Below, one piece after another: positions 44,226 to 57,489 of a stretch of 64,000 bases of DNA (within the stretch, counting starts at the first letter, position 1; each line of letters starts with the position of its first letter). Made by a program: the position numbers and the translations under genes. The notes below the pieces were generated by a model. It ran no database searches and was not told the DNA's origin. It worked only from the letters and a program-made list of their open reading frames with translations. The DNA comes from Eledone cirrhosa (Eukaryota), in assembly GCA_964016885.1 (NCBI GenBank), contig OZ024743.1, forward strand, positions 280,922,001 through 280,986,000, given 5' to 3'.

Positions 44226-44610
44226 CTCTCCTCCTCTCTCTCTCTCTCTCTCTCTCTCCCTCTCTCTCGCTCTCTCGCCCTCTATATATATATGGATTCA
44301 TGTATATATATATATAACGAAGGAAATGTGGTAAGGAACCAGATGGACCATAACGCACCAAACTACTCAATACTTACGATAGTAGAGTGGGTAATAGGAA
44401 CAAGTATGACCCCAGGGGGTCATACTTGTTCCTATATATATATATATATATATATATCACTCTCTCTCTCTCTTTCTCTTCCTTTTTTTCTCTCTGTATA
44501 TATATATATATATACATATATATACGTATATATATTCTCGGAAGGTGTCTTAGGCTAATTTCCAATAGCCGAAATACGATCCTCGCTAATTTATATTTAT
44601 ATATATATAT

Positions 44611-44681
<71 letters not shown>

Positions 44682-44833
44682 AGAAAAAAGACAATCAGTG
44701 TTGCGACGAAAGGAATTTATTGGACATATTACAATTGTTTCTCGGGGGACCAGCTCGAGGCACGATCGATGTGGTGATCAAACCTGACTCTAAAATCGCG
44801 CGGTCCTCGGATACGTCTCGATTCTACGAAGCA

Positions 44834-44928
<95 letters not shown>

Positions 44929-47633
44929 TACATATATATACATATATATATATATACATACTCCAGTCATACATACATACATCTATACATAGATACATAC
45001 ATATATATATATATATGTATGTATCTATGTATATATGTATGTATCTATGACTTGGGTTGTATATTAAATCATATGTAAATATATATATATATATATGGTA
45101 GGTGTGTGTGTAATGATAGTATGCGCTTCATCAGTTAAAGCACTCAAAGCTGTAACGAGGGTTCGTTTCCTGTGAGGAGTATACTACTGTGTACTCCAAG
45201 GTTAAGGCGGCTGTAACGTGCAGACGTAAATACAAATAAGCAGGGACGAAATCAAGATTACACCATAAATTAAATTTATTACATATGACAATTGTTTCGA
45301 TATCGATCACCTCAAGATTTGATCATAATGGTCGGGGTCCGACTCTGCATCGACATATCTAAATAAAATTGTCTAAGTATCATGTGTTGTAGATGATATC
45401 AACTTATATACTTTATCTAGTATCATTAACAACATCAAAACCAAATTATGTACAGCCCTATCAAATGCAACAGAATGGGCATGAGAAATGATCCGCAATT
45501 TGATATCCCTTAAACACTTTTGAGTTTTTAATTTACCTCCATAATCCCGAACCTATCAATTATGAATGTGATCAAATATACTTTAAGAACTATTGATACC
45601 GCAAAAACCCATAAAGGTCTTTGATATTTGGTTACAAACTGACTTGAAAGGGAAAGCTCATCCCAAGCACTCACTGAAAAAAGTAACCTCAAAATGGCAT
45701 AAAGTTATTACAAAGAAATTCCGCTGCCTAACATAAGTAGTTTCAATACACTCAATTGTTGTATGGCAGAAATAAATAACATTGATATGGATACCAGATA
45801 TTTGAGGAAGTAGGTAAGCAAATGAATTAGCAAAGGAGGGAGTAGGAGAGGAAATAATAGATATAAACTACATCCCAAATCTATCGCAAGTGAGATCATT
45901 TAGAAAAATATAATTAATCAGGTGCGGTCGGATTTGGAGGAAGAGTCTAGAGATAAGCTCTCGAATTTCAATCCTACACTTTCTCAACCAGATCTGACAA
46001 AATTTAAAACATATTAGACAATGAGCAATAAAAAAAGATTATGCTGGTTTCGAACTGGTCATATAACATTGAATTACTGTTTATCACGAACTGATCGAAG
46101 AGAATCACCATGTTCTTGTGATGATTTCCCTGAAACTCCTTGGCAGTTTTTGTTCTAATATAAATACTATCAGTCAGAAAGAGAGGACATGTTGAAGCAC
46201 AATTTTTGAGTAGATGGAGGTTACGAAAATATTCAACAGAACCTCCTAGGTGCTTTACAGCAGGGGTGTGCAACATATTCCATTGGCGGGTCACTTTTGA
46301 AAATTGGAACAACTATTAGGGCCATTAATATCTATTAAGTACTATTCCAAAGATTCGACACAACTCCTTTCCATAACATGGAACTGGGAAATTATAACAC
46401 ACATAACCCTATCAGTGAAGCCCTTTAGTATAGGTCAACTAACAGAAAATTGTATTACGGTTTCGAAAAAAATTCTAAATAAGCCTGTTGCACGCCCTGC
46501 TTTACAGCTTCCCTTGCTTCCCATTTCTTTTCTTTTTTATGCTTATTTTTTCCTCCCGTTGGACTTCCCTATTTAAATATTTTTTTATTATTTTTAAAAA
46601 TTAAAATTCTTATTTTTTTATTCACTTATCTCTGTATATCTTGTTTTTTTTTCTTTTTTTTTCTCAACTGTAACAAATACTAGATACTTTCCCTAGTCTG
46701 CCATGGCTTACTAGCTCTATACGGATGTTTAAATTGATTAAATAAATACATTCGTTATAACGTCAGATAGAATGCTTCGCGGTATTTGTTGCATCTCTCA
46801 GCATTTTCAGTTCACGACGTGGCCCCTACAATTCCATCAAGAGTTAAAAGCCCTTTAACTTTACCTTTAAATACACCTTATTGTTGTTGATTATTGTTGT
46901 TACGGCTCACACGTGTGTAGGTTTAACCGACGTCCTACGAGGTTGAATGTCGAATAATAAAGGTGATGTACTTAATGTCATAAAATAATTGTGATACACT
47001 GATTTTATTATTGTTATTACAGCTCACACATGCGTAGATTTAGCCAGCTGTCCATTAGGTTACATCTTACTGAAGGTTTCTTGGCTGTCTTAATGATAGC
47101 AGGTCTTAGTTTTATCATGCCATGGTACATATACGGTCTTCTACACAGTTTCTACCAACTAGATTCCACTCACAAGGTATTGGATAACACGGGTTTTAAG
47201 TATTGTTTGTATAGGATGATGTACACAGTGGTATCGAACTAGAACCATATGGCTGGAAAGTGAATTACATAACCACATAGCCATGCCTGTACCCAGTCAG
47301 TACACTTCAAGATAGATGAAAAGTTGAAGATCTTAGAAATGAAACCGCCAATATCGTTTCAAAATGACGCGATGAATGTTTTTCAAGGACACTGTGTTTC
47401 TCGACATTTAGAATCTTCAGAGATCAAAGATAACTGTAGAGCTTATGAAAAACAATGGAAGCTTCTAGCGATTTATGAGAGAGGACAAAAACTCCTGAAA
47501 ATGAGATGTCAAGTCAGAAAGATATCCTAGGCAAAATAAGCGCGTGAATATGTGTTTGTGTAATTGGTATATGCAATGTCTATGTCTATATATGTATGCA
47601 TGTGTGTATGGTTGGTGTGAATGTGTGTGTGGG

Positions 47634-47722
<89 letters not shown>

Positions 47723-47816
47723 AATGTGTGTGAGAATGTGTGTGTGTTTGGACGTATCTGTGAAAATTATAATTGAAATAGTATGTAATTGTGTAATATG
47801 TGTACATTTTCTGGGA

Positions 47817-47923
<107 letters not shown>

Positions 47924-48574
47924 TTATTTATTTAAATAAAAGGAAAAAGATGATTTCACTTGTAGTTCTAAACAATTTAATTTAATTTTATAATATTATA
48001 ATTTTACAATTTCGTTTTGTAGATCTAGTAAGTTCTTTAACTTCGGTGGGGAGATTTTAAAATATTCCTGGAGAACTTTCTCGCATTCGTCGGTGGCGAT
48101 TGTCAAACTGATATCAGGTTGTGTTGTGATGTGTAATTCTATATATAACGAATTTGGTTGTGTCGGGGGTGGTTAATAAGTGTGGGAGTGAAGGATTATT
48201 GATGAAGATTTTAAAGGTATTAAAGCATATATATATATAAGTTATTCCGGGTTGAATCGGGGGTAACCACAGTATGTAAGGTACTCAATACATAACAGAG
48301 TATAAAAGTTTTAATATAGAAGAGCTTCTACAGGACTAGTCCTGTAGAAGCTCTTCTATTAAAACTTATATATATATATTTGCCCAATATAGGTCTGTTA
48401 TTTTTCTTAATGTTTCTTAATTTAATATTTAAGGTTAAGGATAACAAACTATTTTGCTGTAGTTAGTATTTTTTCACCCCAGCAAATTTTGTCCTTACGA
48501 TTCGAATACATGTAAGTTTATATTAGTGTTCATCTCTCTTGTTTATTCAATTATATATATATATATATACAGAA

Positions 48575-48973
48575 AATAATTGTTTCTACTTTTGGAACAA
48601 GGCCAGCAATTATCCCAGTGTATTACTGGTACTTTATTTTATCGACCCCGTAAGGATGAAAGGCAAAGTTAATAATAGTTTCTACTTTAGGCACAAGGCC
48701 AGCAATCATCCAGTACATTACTGGTACTTTATTTTATCGACCCCGTAAGGATGAAAGGCAAAGTTAACCTCGGCGGGGTTTGAACTCAAACCGTAAAGGG
48801 ACGTAACTATGCTAGAAAGCATGGCGTCCAACCCTCTACCGATACTGCCAATTCACGGCAAAGTTAATAATTGTTTCTACTTTAGGCACAAGGGCAGCAA
48901 TTAGCCAGTTCATTACTGGTACTTTATTTTATCGACCCCGTAAGGATGAAAGGCAAAGTTAACCTCGGCGGGA
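48575..48973 (-). mobile_element. Tandem partial SINE array
   Basis: Three GGCCAGCAAT..TACTGGTACTTTATTTTATCGACCCCGTAAGG units. Confidence 0.85.
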
Positions 48974-49844
48974 TAATGAATGGTAACAGCAAGATAATTG
49001 ACTGGGAGTGGAGTTGGGAGGTGTTGGGGGTGTTTAAGGAGTGTTTTAGAAAGGGGTTGTAAAAGGTCCTCCTGCTGGTTCCATTTCAATAAATGACCTT
49101 TGATGAATATAATGGCAGAATGTTTTTCAAATTCTTTTCTAATAGAGGAATCAACTATCTTAATTTTATAAAGTATAACTTCAACAATTTTCTATATTAA
49201 ACATGAATGTTGGTGTGCATCTGATGGGGGGGGGGGGGGGGGTAATGAGGTGTAAGTCTTTTGATGAAAATGGGATGACAGCAAAGAGAAAAATAAGGAT
49301 AGTTTGGGAATATTTGTTAGAAATGTATGTTTTTGATATTGGTTTGGGAGGGCAGGTGGCTGGTGGGGGCCATGCTAGCTCACATATTTACATCCCTACA
49401 TGTAAACATAGATACACCCCATATACCCATATACATATACATGGTGGCTGCCAACTCGTTTTCGAGTACGGCCACTACTTTATAGTGAGCAAAGGCACTG
49501 CACAAAGCCAGTCCCACTCTCTTGACCAAGATGATATTTACCAAAAAGTCAACATCATTGGATACCATCAGGGTTGCAGGTGTTATACCAGAGTTTTCCT
49601 TCTCCTAGAATTCTGCCTTGACAAAGGCTAAGGAGTCATCTCTCCCGGTGATTTTGGATGGCCATTGGGTCTTAAGAGCTCCTTTGCCCTTTGACAGGTT
49701 TTGTTTTTAGTCCTGCAGGATGTCCAAGGTCACCCTCCTCACCAAGGAACCTTGGTGGGGTTGCCAGTTTAGTCGCCAACGACCCGACCATGAGACATAC
49801 ATACATACACACAATACACACACGCATATATATATATATATATA

Positions 49845-50525
49845 AATATATATATTTTGAGTATATGTTGGTTGTTTACCGACACCTCAGTATGCAAATT
49901 GGAGCACTCGACGAAGTACGCAGGTTGGTTTGTTTACTCCAGAGTAATGTAAAATAATTAAGTCAAATATGTAAAATTTGGCTTCGTTTATTATAAATTA
50001 TAGATATACTGCTATATATATTTCGGTAACAGCCATCATTGGCTGTGACCTCTTCAGGCAGTCCGAATTGGTGTGGGAAAGACAGGTACACATGTTGTTA
50101 AAGTGTATTTTACTCCGTCAATACATCGATATGTCCAGCTCCTGGTTGTGCTGTTATTTCTCTGTGGAACTGGAATCAATCAATATGATTCCAGTTCCAC
50201 AGAGAAATAACAACACAACCAGGAGCTGGATATATGGATATATCGATGTATTGACGGAGTAAAGCACACTTCAACAACATGTGTACCTGTCTTTCACACA
50301 CCTATTCGGACTGCCTGAAGAGGTCACAGCCAATGATGGCTGTCACCGAAATATATATATAGCAGTATATCTATAAATTATAATAAACGAAGCCAAATTT
50401 TACATATTTGACTTAATTATTTTACATTACTCTGGAGTAAACAAACCAACCTGCGTACTTCGTCGAGTGCTCCAATTTGCATACTGAGGTGTCGGTAAAC
50501 AACCAACATATACTCAAAATATATA

Positions 50526-50530
<5 letters not shown>
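49845..50530. repeat. ~335-bp-arm fold-back with an intact minimal hammerhead in each arm (- 50008-50062; + 50310-50366)
   Basis: ACTGC-CTGAAGA-GGTCACAGCCA(ATGA)TGGCTGTCACC-GAAA-TATATATA-TA|GCAGT; 7-nt spacer at 50179-50185; (TA)n both sides. Confidence 0.88.
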
Positions 50531-50598
<68 letters not shown>

Positions 50599-50907
50599 TG
50601 GACAAGGTGTACTTATAAATAAGAGGAAAGCACGAATGGGAGAAGATTTTCCTTCGTTAATTGTCTGCTGGGGATCGTGGATATTTCTACGTATTAAAGA
50701 CAAGATGTCTAACCCCAGTGCGTCAATAACTAAAGGAAGTTATTGGGAAAAAAGGGAAGAGAGAGAAAAGATATAACAGAAGGGAAAAGGGAAGAAAAAG
50801 GAAGAAACAGCGAAAAAGAACAGGAAACAACAAACCGAAGAGGGAAACATGAAGCACATGTGTGTGAGCAATTCGAAATATATCTACACATACATATATA
50901 TATATAT

Positions 50908-51021
<114 letters not shown>

Positions 51022-51512
51022 TTGCTTTGGGAGGGTCATGTTGCCAATAAGAAACACACACACTAGTTGCTTTCACTTCAATTTATTATAAATTAAATTT
51101 ATAAATTTAAGAATTTATAAATTTCCGGTTGGTTGGTTGATTCCACAACCAGACGATTCTTCATATATTGTCAAAGTTCTTTCGTCACGCATTCTGTGAC
51201 CTCTTCAGTGACTGGGGATTCTTTTCTTTGTTTTTGTGCCTCTCCTTTGTTCTGTCCTACGCCATCTTGTTTTTGAGTGTGTTGTGTGCTTAGTTTGCGC
51301 ATGTGCTACATCCGGGTGTCTGTGTGTGTTTATATTTGTTTATTTATTTGTTTATTTACATGTTACTGGTTGGTTGTTTGTTCTATGTGTGTGTGTGTTT
51401 TCATTTTGTCCTTAATTGTACGTTGTCATGTTGCTATTCCATTCATGTTTTCTATTTAATTTTGGTTGGAGTTCATTTATGTTTATTGCCTCTATGATTT
51501 GTCTAAAGATTG

Positions 51513-54500
51513 ACGGGATAAACATGGCCGACATCTCATTAACAGATGAATTCAACAACAACAACACAAATATATACGGCAACACTACAGTCGACTCTGA
51601 TGAATTATCGATATTACAGCCCCCACCTAAATATGCCACATATAATAAGGTAAATATGATAAATGCTTGTCAGAAATAGAAAAATCATTTACAAAATTAC
51701 GTTGGAGCCTCAAAAACAAAAACAAAAACAAAAGTAACAATAATAACAACATACGCACACACACACACACATACAACACACATCCCAACAACAACAGACA
51801 CACAGACACAAACAACGATAACAACAACACACACATCAACAATAATAACATACTCAGAAACAACAACAACAACAGACACACAGACACAAACAACAATAAC
51901 AACACACACAACAATAATAACATACACGGAGACAACAACAACAACACACATCAACAACAGCACACATCAACAACAACACACACACATTCTATGCCTCTCA
52001 CCACCACAACAATCTTAACAAACACACAGACACAGAAAACAGGTAATGACAGTAACACAGAAGTAAGGGAAGGTAATGAGATTGAAAGGAGAAGGGAGAC
52101 TATCGATACTGACAGAGAAAATAACCAGGACGAACACACAGACACACAAAATAGAGTAGATAATAACAATGAGCCAGAGGAAAGAGACAGGAGTAATAGT
52201 GAGAGACATAGAAACAACCATGAGGCTGTTGGTGAAAATAGAAATAGAAACAACTCAACTAACAATAACAATAGCAATAGTACGCATAAAGCAGCAGCCT
52301 GGAACTCTACTTTTTATAATGCTTCCGATAAGTCCTTCGACCTACGACGAGTCCACGTCACGACTTTAGCTTTTAACAAACGCACGCAATTGCCGTCGCA
52401 GGTCGATGAACAAACAGAAGTACAATTTAGTATAGCTAGATCTAAACTTAGAAATATTATAGAACAGTATAGCAATAAGCAAAATAGAATGGAGGCCCAG
52501 CAACTGGGAGAAAAATCTGCAAATGGCTTGCGTAAGCTCATGCAGCGCTCGTGTAATGGAGAGATTGCATGCTTTCCAGCAGACCAGTCTTGCAGAATGT
52601 CGGTTGACAGTCTGTCAAACTACATCCAGGCAATGCAACCCCACATCACTAACACAAGAGAAGTAACACCACAAGAGCATGAAGATAGGGAGAAATCCCC
52701 CAATGCCCATATGATGATGTGGACAAGCATAATGCAGCCCAACAAAAGGACTACCAACAACTTCCAGGCCTGGAACAATAACGTGCCAGCGTTGTATGGG
52801 CTTCGAAAAGACCATAAAACGAGCAGTGACCCGGTCACAGGACCACCAACACGGCCAGTCTGTGGAGCTAACATTACTAGTAACTATAGACTTTCCTACT
52901 TCCTCTCCCTGATCACACGCCCCATCATTGAAATGTCCCCATATATATGTGACAGGACGGAGGACCTCCTCAGCAGAATCAACGAAAGTAACCGATCTGG
53001 GGACCTAACGAACTGTATAATAGGAAGTATGGATGTTGTGTCCCTATATCCATCCATTGGCGTGGATTTTGCTGTGAAGAAATGCGTAGAAATGATCAGT
53101 GAGAACAATGTTGAATTCCGTGAGATTGATACCAGTGATCTGGGACTCCTACTTAAACTTACCTATAGTAATGATTATCTAGATACATATGACCTTAGCA
53201 ATCTGTGCCCTACAAGACTAGCAAGAGGCAGACCACCTACCATTACCTCAATGGCCAAGAAAACTCACACAGATAGATGGAACGGGTGGACTAGAGCCAT
53301 ACGAAAACCACGATGAACTAAAGAAAATGATTGCACATGTGGTGGGGGCCAGTATAAAATTAACCCTTAAGGAACATATGTTCAAATTTAATGGAAAAAC
53401 ATATGCCCAAGAGGAGGGAGCAGACATTGGTGTTAGCATTGCAGGTGACATAGCTAACCTATTCATGGTGGGACAATAGACTTAAACTTAAACTTAAAGA
53501 ACAATTAGAAGACAGCAACCTCTTAACCCTGATAATGTACTCCCGCTACGTTGATGATATAAACATCGTAGTAAAAACACCCCACTGGAGAACAGTCAGG
53601 AATTAGAGAAAAACACAATGGAAAGCATCCAGCAAATAGCTAACTCCATCCACCAGAGTATAAGAGTTACTATAGACTACCCAAGCAAACACTCCAACCA
53701 TCGATTACCTGTACTAGACACAGAGCTCTGGTTAGAAACCATTAATAACAAAAAACAAATCCTCCTTCCCATTATGCCAAACCCATGACTTCCAAATATC
53801 TGATCCACCGAAACTCAGCTGTTTCGGACCACACCAAAATCAACATACTGATTGCGGATTTGGCACGGGTGATGAGAAACGTGTCCCGCATGTGCAACCC
53901 CGAAGAACTAGAGAGACACATACAACACTTCATCCACCGTATGCAGTTCTCTGGTTACAATCAGAGAGATAAAATCAGAGTATATAGAGGAGCCAGAACC
54001 AAATGGGAAAAAATGGTAAATAATGATACAAATGGGACCTGCCCCTTGTATAGGAGCAAATTTTGGAATAGAATAGAAAGAACTAGGAAAAAGGTTAATA
54101 GAATAAACTCATGGTATGATAGCTAAATACCAGAGTGTACTGTTCATCAATACAACCCCTAGAGGTGAATTAGCTTACAAATTTAGAAGGGCCCTAGATA
54201 AACATAAACTCAATATTAAGATCGTAGAAAAACCAAGTACCTCCATAAAAACACTTATTAGCAATACATACACTTTTCAAAGACCTCCCTGTATAGATAA
54301 GAAATGTATAATCTGTAAACTAAGCCCCCATATTAACTGTAAAACTAGAAATGTAGTATATAGCATAAGATGTACTGAAGGACAATGTAGAGATAAGAAT
54401 ATAGTGTACATAGGTGAGACAGCTCGTAGTATAGGAGAACTGATAAATGAACACTGGTGAGAGCTTCAAGATAGTAAAGAATCATCTGCACTCCACCAAC

Positions 54501-54640
54501 ATGCTAAAATAGAACATAAGGTTAAATTAGAGAACATAGAAATAAAAATAGAATCTACACGCAGAAAAGACGCAATGTTTAGACAAATCACAGAGGCAAT
54601 AAACATAAATGAGCTCCAACCAAAATTAAATAGAAAACAT
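51513..54640 (+). pseudogene. Frameshifted RT-GIY-YIG polyprotein of the Penelope element
   Basis: LYGLRKDHK, PPTRPVCGA, GSMDVVSLYPSI, FKFNGKTYAQEEGADIG, YSRYVDDI (~53537-53561), LPVLD, MQFSGY, CIICK..CKTRNVVYSIRC..VYIGETARS, RQITEAINI..LNRKHEW. Confidence 0.92.
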
Positions 54641-54872
54641 GAATGGAATAGCAACATCACAACTTACAATTAAGGACAAAATGAAAACACACACACACAT
54701 AGAACAAACAACCAACCAGTAACATGTAAATAAACAAATAAATAAACAAATATAAACACACACAGACACCCGGATGTAACACATGCGCAAACTAAGCATA
54801 CAACACACACAAAAGCAAGATGGCGTAGGACAGAACAAAGGAGAGGCACAAAAACAAAGAAAAGAATCCCCA

Positions 54873-54915
54873 GTCACTGAAGAGGTCACAGAATGTGTGA
54901 CGAAAGAACTTTGAC
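54873..54915 (+). ncRNA. Minimal hammerhead in Neptune-like pLTR (mirror copy - 51170-51212)
   Basis: GTCA-CTGAAGA-G-GTCACA(GAATG)TGTGAC-GAAA-GAAC-TT|TGAC. Confidence 0.7.
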
Positions 54916-55127
54916 AATATATGAAGAATCGTCTGGTTGTGGAATCAACCAACCAACCGGAAATTTATAAATTCTTAAATTTATAAAATTAATTTATAAT
55001 AAATTGAAGTGAAAGCAACTGGTGCGTGTGTTTCTTATTGGCAACATGACCCTCCCAAAGCATAACAATATCGGTTTCAACACACGTTTTCAGATAAAGA
55101 ATCTTGCTAAACAAATTCAGAAAAGAA

Positions 55128-55201
<74 letters not shown>

Positions 55202-55396
55202 AACCACAGACCCTCCATCTCAACTCTACTTTTGAAAAGCAGAAGAACTGCGAAACCGGTAAAGGAACCAAATAAAAATATATATATTTTTTAAAATAAG
55301 ACTCCAGTTGCATTTTCGATTTCATCTTTTTTTCTTTATACTTTCACTCGTGTAGGACACCTCGGTTATTTTTCATTTTGTAAAAAAAAACCTCAC

Positions 55397-55446
<50 letters not shown>

Positions 55447-55680
55447 TTATTTATATATATATATATACATATACATACACATATCCACACATATATGCAT
55501 ATATATATACATGCATGTATGTGTGTATATATATATATATATGACAGAGGATGAAATGTATGAATAACTTTGGAGAAATAAATATTTACAAGGACAAATG
55601 TACGATTAGAAGCCGGATCTTGTGATTGGAAAACGAACTTCTTATTGTTGAAACATAACTGAATTAGATGATGCATTGTA

Positions 55681-55764
<84 letters not shown>

Positions 55765-55820
55765 GTGTGTGTGTGTGTGTCTGTTGCGTGTATGTGTGTT
55801 GCGTGTGTGTGTATGTCTGT

Positions 55821-55887
<67 letters not shown>

Positions 55888-56074
55888 GTGTGTGCGTGTG
55901 TGCGTGTGTGTGTTTGTTGTTTGTGTTGTGTGTGTATGTGTGTTGCGTGTGTGTGTTGCGTGTGTGTGTATGTCTGTTGCGTGTGTGTGTGTATTTGTGT
56001 GTGTTTGCGTGTGCAACTTTCAGAGTCACAAGATATATATGAATATATATACAAACACACATGGCGTATCATTA

Positions 56075-56630
56075 GTGGATTGGCAGTATCGGTAGAGGGT
56101 CGGACGCCATGCTTTCTAGCATAGAGTTACGGCCCTTTCCATTCTGAGTTCAAATCCGCCGAGGTTAACTTTGCCTTTCATCCTTACGGGGTCGATAAAA
56201 TAAAGTACCAGTACTGGGTAATTGCTGGCCTTGTGCCAAAAGTAGAAATAATTATTTTGTATGTGTCGGACTCCATGCTTTGCAGCATAGAATTACGCCC
56301 CTTTACGGTCTGAGTCCAAATCCCGCCGAGGTTAACTTTGCCTTTCATCCTTACTGGGTCGATAAAATAAAGTACCAGTCACGCACTAGAGTCGATTTAA
56401 TCGACTTACCCCTCTCCCAAAATTGCTGGCCTTGTGCCTATATGAGAAACCAGTATTTTGTATGTGTCGGACTCCATGATTTGAAGCATAGAGTTACGCC
56501 CCTTTACGGTCTGAGTCCAAATCCCGCCGAGGTTAACTTTGCCTTTTATCCTTACGGGGTCGATAAAATAAAGCACCAGTAATGCACTGGAATAATTGCT
56601 GGCCCTGTGCCAAAAGTAGAACAATTATTT
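56075..56630 (+). mobile_element. Young tandem SINE array (3 units)
   Basis: TGGCAGTATCGG A box in the first unit; B-box region and core repeated three times. Confidence 0.88.
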
Positions 56631-56715
56631 GTATGTGGAAATGTTCAAGAGTCAGGCATGTGCTTACAAAGCCTGCTTTGTGTCTCCCTATTTATATACA
56701 CACACACACGCACAT

Positions 56716-56834
<119 letters not shown>

Positions 56835-57489
56835 AACATACATGGCCTATTATTATGATTGAGGTATGTGCGAGTGAGTTTGAGTGTTTGTAAGTGTGTG
56901 TAAGTATGTGTAAGTATGTGTATGTGTGTATGAGTGAAGAGGGATGGGTCGTGTTCGCGATTGTAGCAGCGGAAGAAATGAAACCGAAAAGAATTTCTTG
57001 GGATACACAATCTGTAATATATCCTATTGTTTAACTGTTGGAATCTAGATTTAACATTCTGTTACAGTGCCATCAGAATTTCACTGCTAATAATACCAAG
57101 ATTTTCTTTCAGTCAGAGACATTTTTGAGAATTGTGAACTATGCCCATTGTCTTCGTGTTTTTGAAGGATTGGAGATATCAAATAATGTGAAGAACTTCC
57201 GAATTACCCCAATCTTAGAAGTCACCAATGACGAATCCTCTACGTGTTTGGCTGACATGCTAGAAATAGTAGCCAAATCTCACCCCAAATCAGACTCTTC
57301 AGTCACAAGTAAAATAAAATGTTGAATAATTTAGACCGAGTTACATTGAGTTTGAATATAGGACGGGACAGCGGCGTTTGTACCATTTTTGTTGCTGCTG
57401 TTGTTGTTTAACCCTAATTATTCCTGACTGAACAGACCTCCGATCAAAAGCTTTGCAGCTGTGATTATCACTGAAGTGGTTCACATCAA

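Noticed and set aside
44720-45360. GAAA-CAATTG-TA/TC motifs on the minus strand (~44725-44742, ~45280-45298)
   Set aside because: Resemble HHR 3' halves with a palindromic loop, but no CUGANGA/UUGANAA core found upstream; not counted
46004-46312. TPAVKHLGGSVE resembling the BEL/Pao integrase PHxGGxWE motif
   Set aside because: Single weak motif with no other integrase residues or LTRs
51597-51603. CTGATGA as hammerhead core
   Set aside because: No stem II followed by GAAA; lies in coding sequence. The same applies to the minus-strand CTGATGA at 45128-45134
57038-57325. 95-aa ORF as host exon
   Set aside because: Overlaps an antisense copy of a dispersed repeat (GATTTGGCTACTATTTCTAGCA, also near 9750, 12475, 35240); no recognisable domain
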